Assembly: GCA_023439545.1 (NCBI GenBank)
Contig: JAEXNT010000031.1
Span: 25,994 to 89,993, forward strand
DNA from: Bacillota bacterium
GTDB lineage: Bacteria > Bacillota > Clostridia > Acetivibrionales > DTU013
Direction of reading: 5' to 3'
Length of the DNA: 64,000 bases
Both the position numbers and the translations under genes were made by a program. Shown here piece by piece: positions 60,419-64,000 of this stretch. Numbering within the stretch: the first letter of the stretch is position 1; each line of letters starts with the position of its first letter. The notes beneath the pieces were generated by a model, which made no database searches, had not been told where the DNA came from, and saw only the letters and a program-made list of their open reading frames with translations.

Positions 60419-61354
60419 TTATTTCGCAAGATTGTACATGCTTTCGATTGCAGTCCTTATGCTTTGCGTCGTCAGGCCCAGATAATCCAGTATTTCATCA
60501 TATGAGTGTGCGCTGCATCCAAAATGGTCGTGAATACCCATATGCTCCATGGGTCTGCCGAGGTGACGGACAGCGCGTCCGATTGCCGATCCGAGCCCGC
60601 CGATCACGCTGTGTTCTTCGGCAGTCACTATAGCTTTGCAGCTGCCGGCCAGATCGCATATCACCTGATCGCTGAGCGGCTTGATGGTGCTCACATTGAC
60701 CACCTTGACGGAAATGCTTCCTTCGACAAGCCGGGCGGCTTCCAAAGCTTTGACACACATGAAACCCGTGGCAAACACAGCTATGTCGCTGCCTTCCCGA
60801 AGAACAGAGGGGACTCCGATCTCAAACGGAGCGTCTTCGGATGTCACGTTATCGTAACTGTTACGGTTGAGACGTATATAGCAGGGACCATTGTGCGCCG
60901 CCATTGCGCGGACGGCCTTGACGGTTTCGTTTGCGTCGACGGGGCATAAGACCGTCATGTTGGGAATGGCGCTCATTATTGCCATATCCTCCACTGACTG
61001 ATGCGTCGCGCCGTCTCCAAAATCGGAGCAGCCGGAGGAAGAGCCGCAGATTTTGACATTTAAGCGGCCTATGGCGACCGTCTGACGGATCTGATCGTAG
61101 GCGCGGCCTGCTGAAAACACCGCGAAGGAGTTGGTAAAGGCGGTTTTGCCCGATAGTGCAAGGCCCGCCGCAACTGATGTCATGTTGGCTTCGGCAATGC
61201 CCATTTCAAAATAACGTTCGGGAAAAGCGTTCTGAAACATAAAAGACATGGTGGATTTTCCAAGATCGGCTTCGAGTACGACGATATTCGGGTTCTCTTC
61301 TCCCAAAGCCACCAGTGTCGAGCCGTAAGCAGTTCTTTGATTATTGCAACTCAT
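60419..61354 (-). CDS. Transketolase, C-terminal subunit, copy 2
   Basis: FEMGIAEANM; 311 aa; a diverged paralogue of 30017-30949. Confidence 0.9.
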   Translation of the reverse strand: MSCNNQRTAYGSTLVALGEENPNIVVLEADLGKSTMSFMFQNAFPERYFEMGIAEANMTSVAAGLALSGKTAFTNSFAVFSAGRAYDQIRQTVAIGRLNVKICGSSSGCSDFGDGATHQSVEDMAIMSAIPNMTVLCPVDANETVKAVRAMAAHNGPCYIRLNRNSYDNVTSEDAPFEIGVPSVLREGSDIAVFATGFMCVKALEAARLVEGSISVKVVNVSTIKPLSDQVICDLAGSCKAIVTAEEHSVIGGLGSAIGRAVRHLGRPMEHMGIHDHFGCSAHSYDEILDYLGLTTQSIRTAIESMYNLAK

Positions 61355-61372
61355 TGTTTTCTCCTTTCGCCA

Positions 61373-62203
61373 TCAGGCCAGTTCGCGCAATGCGCGCTCA
61401 TAGTTTTCTTCAGTCAGTGCGGCGTTATGGAATGCGGCATTGTTCTCAGCGAAGCTGACGCCCCGTCCCTTCACTGTGTGTGCTATGATTACTGTGGGCT
61501 GACCTTCAATTTGGCCGGCTTCGTCAAAAGCAGTGAGGATTTGTTCCATATTATGACCGTCGATATCGATGACATGCCATCCGAAAGCGCTCAATTTCTC
61601 ATTAAGCGGGTTGGTATTGAGGCGTTCCACTACTGGCCCTGTCGCCTGAAGATCGTTTTTGTCGATGATCGCGATGAGGTTATCCGTTTTGTAGGCGCTT
61701 GCGGCCATCGCAGCCTCCCAGATCTGTCCCTCGGCTATCTCGCCGTCTCCCATCAGCACATATACCTTGCGTGAAATTTTGTTGAGGCGCATACCGAGCG
61801 CCATACCGAGTCCAATAGAGAGTCCCTGACCAAGCGAGCCAGTTCCGGCTTCGACGCCGGGGGTTTTCAATACGTCAGGATGGCCTTGCAGATGCGAACC
61901 GATGGCTTTGGTTGTCTTCAGATCCTCCACGGGGAAGAATCCGGCCTCGGCCAAAGCGGCATATTGCAGGATGGCGACATGACCCTTGCTGAGCAGAAAT
62001 CTGTCGCGGTCAGGGTTTTTGGGCTGAGATGGGTCATAATGCATTTTATGAAAATAGAGTGCCGCGACGATATCTGCTGCGGAGTTGGAACCGCCGATAT
62101 GACCGGCGACCCCCACGCCCATGCTGACTATTACGTCACGTCTAAGCTGCTGCGCTTTCGCAGTCAGGAATTCCAGATGTTGCTTACTGTACATATCTGT
62201 CAT
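61373..62203 (-). CDS. Transketolase, N-terminal subunit, copy 2
   Basis: GHIGGSNS, SKGH, GDGEIAEGQIWEA. Its ATG overlaps the stop of the upstream isomerase gene (ATGA). Confidence 0.9.
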   Translation of the reverse strand: MTDMYSKQHLEFLTAKAQQLRRDVIVSMGVGVAGHIGGSNSAADIVAALYFHKMHYDPSQPKNPDRDRFLLSKGHVAILQYAALAEAGFFPVEDLKTTKAIGSHLQGHPDVLKTPGVEAGTGSLGQGLSIGLGMALGMRLNKISRKVYVLMGDGEIAEGQIWEAAMAASAYKTDNLIAIIDKNDLQATGPVVERLNTNPLNEKLSAFGWHVIDIDGHNMEQILTAFDEAGQIEGQPTVIIAHTVKGRGVSFAENNAAFHNAALTEENYERALRELA

Positions 62204-63057
62204 CTCCTTTCATTTTGTTCGAAGTGATTCTTTTGTTCGAAGGAATTCTTTTGTTCGAAGTAATTCTTGAGAAGTCTGAGCGTTGCGGGCGCGTCCCTGT
62301 TCAGATCCGATGAGTACGCCTCGCAGCTGATACGCCCGTCATATCCCGCCTCGATTACAGTGCTGCAAAACTCCCGGTAAAGCTCTTCAGATCCGTCGCC
62401 TTCACGCGGAAAGACGCGTCCCGCCGGGTTTGCAACATGGATATGGGCAAGGTAAGCCTTACCGTATTCGGAAATGTGCGACAGAGGCTCGTTTTCTTCC
62501 ACCAGATGATAAAGATCGGCCAGAACCCTGACCTGTTTGCCGCCCACATCGCGGGCAAGCTGTACGCCCTCTTCGAAGGTATTGATGATATTGCATTCGG
62601 CTTTACGCAAAGGCTCGATGGTAATGGTCATACCATACCGGGACGCCACCGTGTCCGCATATTTCAAGAGGCGGGCGATCTGCGCATAGGCCTCCGGTTT
62701 GCTGAAGCCCTCCGGATACCTTTTGGCGCCGCCGCTTCCGAAAACGATATTTTCAGCGCCCAACTTCACAGCTGCAACGACAGCCCTGTCCACATAGGAG
62801 AAAACCGCGTCGAAATCAACCTCCGGCCCTGTTAATCTCATAGCGGGAGAGAAAAAGTTGTTGCAGCTTGCACACTGAAGTCCGCTTTCGTTTAAGTCTT
62901 CGAGCAGCCGGTTGAATCCCGCTTCAGGCAGGCTCATGATCTCTGCGAGCGGCAGCTCGGCGTAGTCATAGCCGATGCGGCGAAATAGCGCCAGATGTTC
63001 CGAGCCGGTACCGTCGGGTGTATTGGACAACATGTTTAAGCAGCAGCCGTATTTCAT
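62200..63057 (-). CDS. Sugar-phosphate isomerase/epimerase (xylose-isomerase-like TIM barrel)
   Basis: Start MKYGCCLNML at 63057. AP_endonuc_2-type pattern (ITIEPL, HIHVANP). The repetitive C-terminal tail is encoded by an 18-bp tandem repeat. Confidence 0.75.
   Translation of the reverse strand: MKYGCCLNMLSNTPDGTGSEHLALFRRIGYDYAELPLAEIMSLPEAGFNRLLEDLNESGLQCASCNNFFSPAMRLTGPEVDFDAVFSYVDRAVVAAVKLGAENIVFGSGGAKRYPEGFSKPEAYAQIARLLKYADTVASRYGMTITIEPLRKAECNIINTFEEGVQLARDVGGKQVRVLADLYHLVEENEPLSHISEYGKAYLAHIHVANPAGRVFPREGDGSEELYREFCSTVIEAGYDGRISCEAYSSDLNRDAPATLRLLKNYFEQKNSFEQKNHFEQNERR
62213..62266. repeat. 3 x 18-bp tandem repeat at the 3' end of the isomerase gene
   Basis: The plus strand reads TTTTGTTCGAAG(TG/GA/TA)ATTC three times (62213-62230, 62231-62248, 62249-62266). 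It encodes FEQKNx hexapeptide repeats on the minus strand. Confidence 0.9.
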
Positions 63058-63141
63058 AAGATAGTGATCCTTTGCAATTATTAATTTAATATATCCAGAT
63101 GATTGCAATGCATCTGCAGGATTAAATATGTTACGAGTTAA

Positions 63142-63170
63142 ATTGTAATACATATTACATAACACGTCAA
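63142..63170 (-). promoter_or_regulatory. Promoter of the isomerase-tkt-reductase operon, overlapped by the palindrome TGTAATA-CA-TATTACA
   Basis: On the minus strand: TTGACG (63170-63165), 17-nt spacer, TACAAT (63147-63142). The palindrome at 63144-63159 covers the spacer and the -10 box. Confidence 0.6.
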
Positions 63171-63191
63171 TGCCTTTTTAACTATAGAAAG

Positions 63192-63243
63192 TTGACAGAT
63201 GCCAATATTTTAATTAGAATTAGATTGTAATAATATAATACAA
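63192..63243 (+). promoter_or_regulatory. Promoter of the FadR-type gntR gene plus a second TTGTAATA-type operator
   Basis: TTGACA (63192-63197), 17-nt spacer, TAGAAT (63215-63220), then TTGTAATAATATAATACAA (63225-63243) 4 nt downstream. Confidence 0.6.
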
Positions 63244-63267
63244 CTAACGTATATTGGAAGGTAAAAT

Positions 63268-63981
63268 ATGCCGGTTCAATCGATTGATCGTCAAAATATA
63301 TCCGAGATGGTTTTTAAGCAGCTTATGGAGCTCATCTCCTCAGGTGAATGGAAGCAGGGGGAGAAGATTCCCGCGGAAACCGAGCTCGCCGAGACCATGG
63401 GGGTCTCGCGCGTTTCCATTCGTGCGGCCTTGCAAAAGCTTTCGAGCCTTGGGCTCATTGAGCGCAAGCAGGGGCACGGTACTATCGTATGCGATCTTTC
63501 AAGCGGCCAGCAGATTAACGGTCTGGTTCCTATACTGGTGCTTTTGCCGCCCGACATACAATCCATGAATGAATACCGGCTGATCCTCGAATGCGGTGCG
63601 GCGGAATTGGCTGCGCTTCGCTGCGATGATAAGATCATAAAAAGACTCGAAGACAATCTGGACGAGATGGAGCGCTTAAATGTAGAAAACAAAGACAGCG
63701 CGAGCGTTGACGTAGACTTTCATTATATTATTGCCGAAGCGACGAAAAATCCGCTTATCATCAAAACTCACCAGATCATGAGGGAATCCTTCCTGGAGTG
63801 TATGAGGACATATAAGCGTCTGACGGATGTCCGCGCAGGCTTCTACTATCATCGTAATCTGATCGAGGCCCTTCGCAACAGGGATTCTTTCGGTGCAAGA
63901 AGAATTATGGAGGAGCACCTCAAGAAAAATCAGATAGACCTGGAACGGGCCATGGAAAAGGCCGAAATTACTAAAGAATAG
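63268..63981 (+). CDS. GntR-family regulator, FadR subfamily (FCD domain)
   Basis: Winged HTH ...PAETELAETMGVSRVSIRAALQKLSSLGLIERKQGHGTIV plus an all-helical C-terminal domain. Confidence 0.85.
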   Translation: MPVQSIDRQNISEMVFKQLMELISSGEWKQGEKIPAETELAETMGVSRVSIRAALQKLSSLGLIERKQGHGTIVCDLSSGQQINGLVPILVLLPPDIQSMNEYRLILECGAAELAALRCDDKIIKRLEDNLDEMERLNVENKDSASVDVDFHYIIAEATKNPLIIKTHQIMRESFLECMRTYKRLTDVRAGFYYHRNLIEALRNRDSFGARRIMEEHLKKNQIDLERAMEKAEITKE

Positions 63982-64000
63982 AATCAAAAAATATCGAGAG

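Overview
This 64-kb window looks like a Firmicute chromosome of roughly mid GC content, probably an anaerobic spore-forming member of Clostridia. That assignment is inferred from hypAB, a YyaC spore-protease homologue, rubredoxin, a T-box leader, and Gram-positive style promoters and ribosome-binding sites (RBS). All calls rest on motifs read by eye; no database search was run.

Positions 1-20.7 kb are mostly housekeeping:
- hypA (partial) and hypB
- a TetR-controlled ABC-2 exporter flanked by alpha/beta-hydrolase paralogues, one of them truncated
- a PAS-PP2C phosphatase with a Cys4 motif
- yyaC, a membrane protein behind a large structured leader, and a 52-aa rubredoxin that is missing from the ORF track
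- glnA with a terminator/antiterminator leader, a DUF951 gene and htrA
- a Leu T-box followed by ilvB-ilvN-ilvC-leuA-cimA
- asnA and an L,D-transpeptidase

Positions 21-64 kb form a carbohydrate island:
- a GH5 plus FAD-oxidoreductase operon
- two sugar ABC importers, each with its own two-component system
- three signal-less GH2 beta-mannosidase-like paralogues, plus aldo/keto reductase (AKR) and Zn-ADH genes
- two unusual central-metabolism-like modules, each built around a split transketolase

The most interesting signal is a set of four promoters of identical architecture. Each carries a GTATATAC-core palindrome just downstream of the -10 box. Together they tie rpiB plus split tkt, a hexokinase-family kinase plus dhaKL, a gntR plus long transaldolase-like gene plus LctP-type permease, and GH2 plus a second hexokinase-family kinase into one putative GntR/HutC regulon with no obvious known pathway. 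A second module (56.9-64 kb) has its own FadR-type operators.

I saw no rRNA, tRNA, CRISPR array, transposase, integrase or phage genes.
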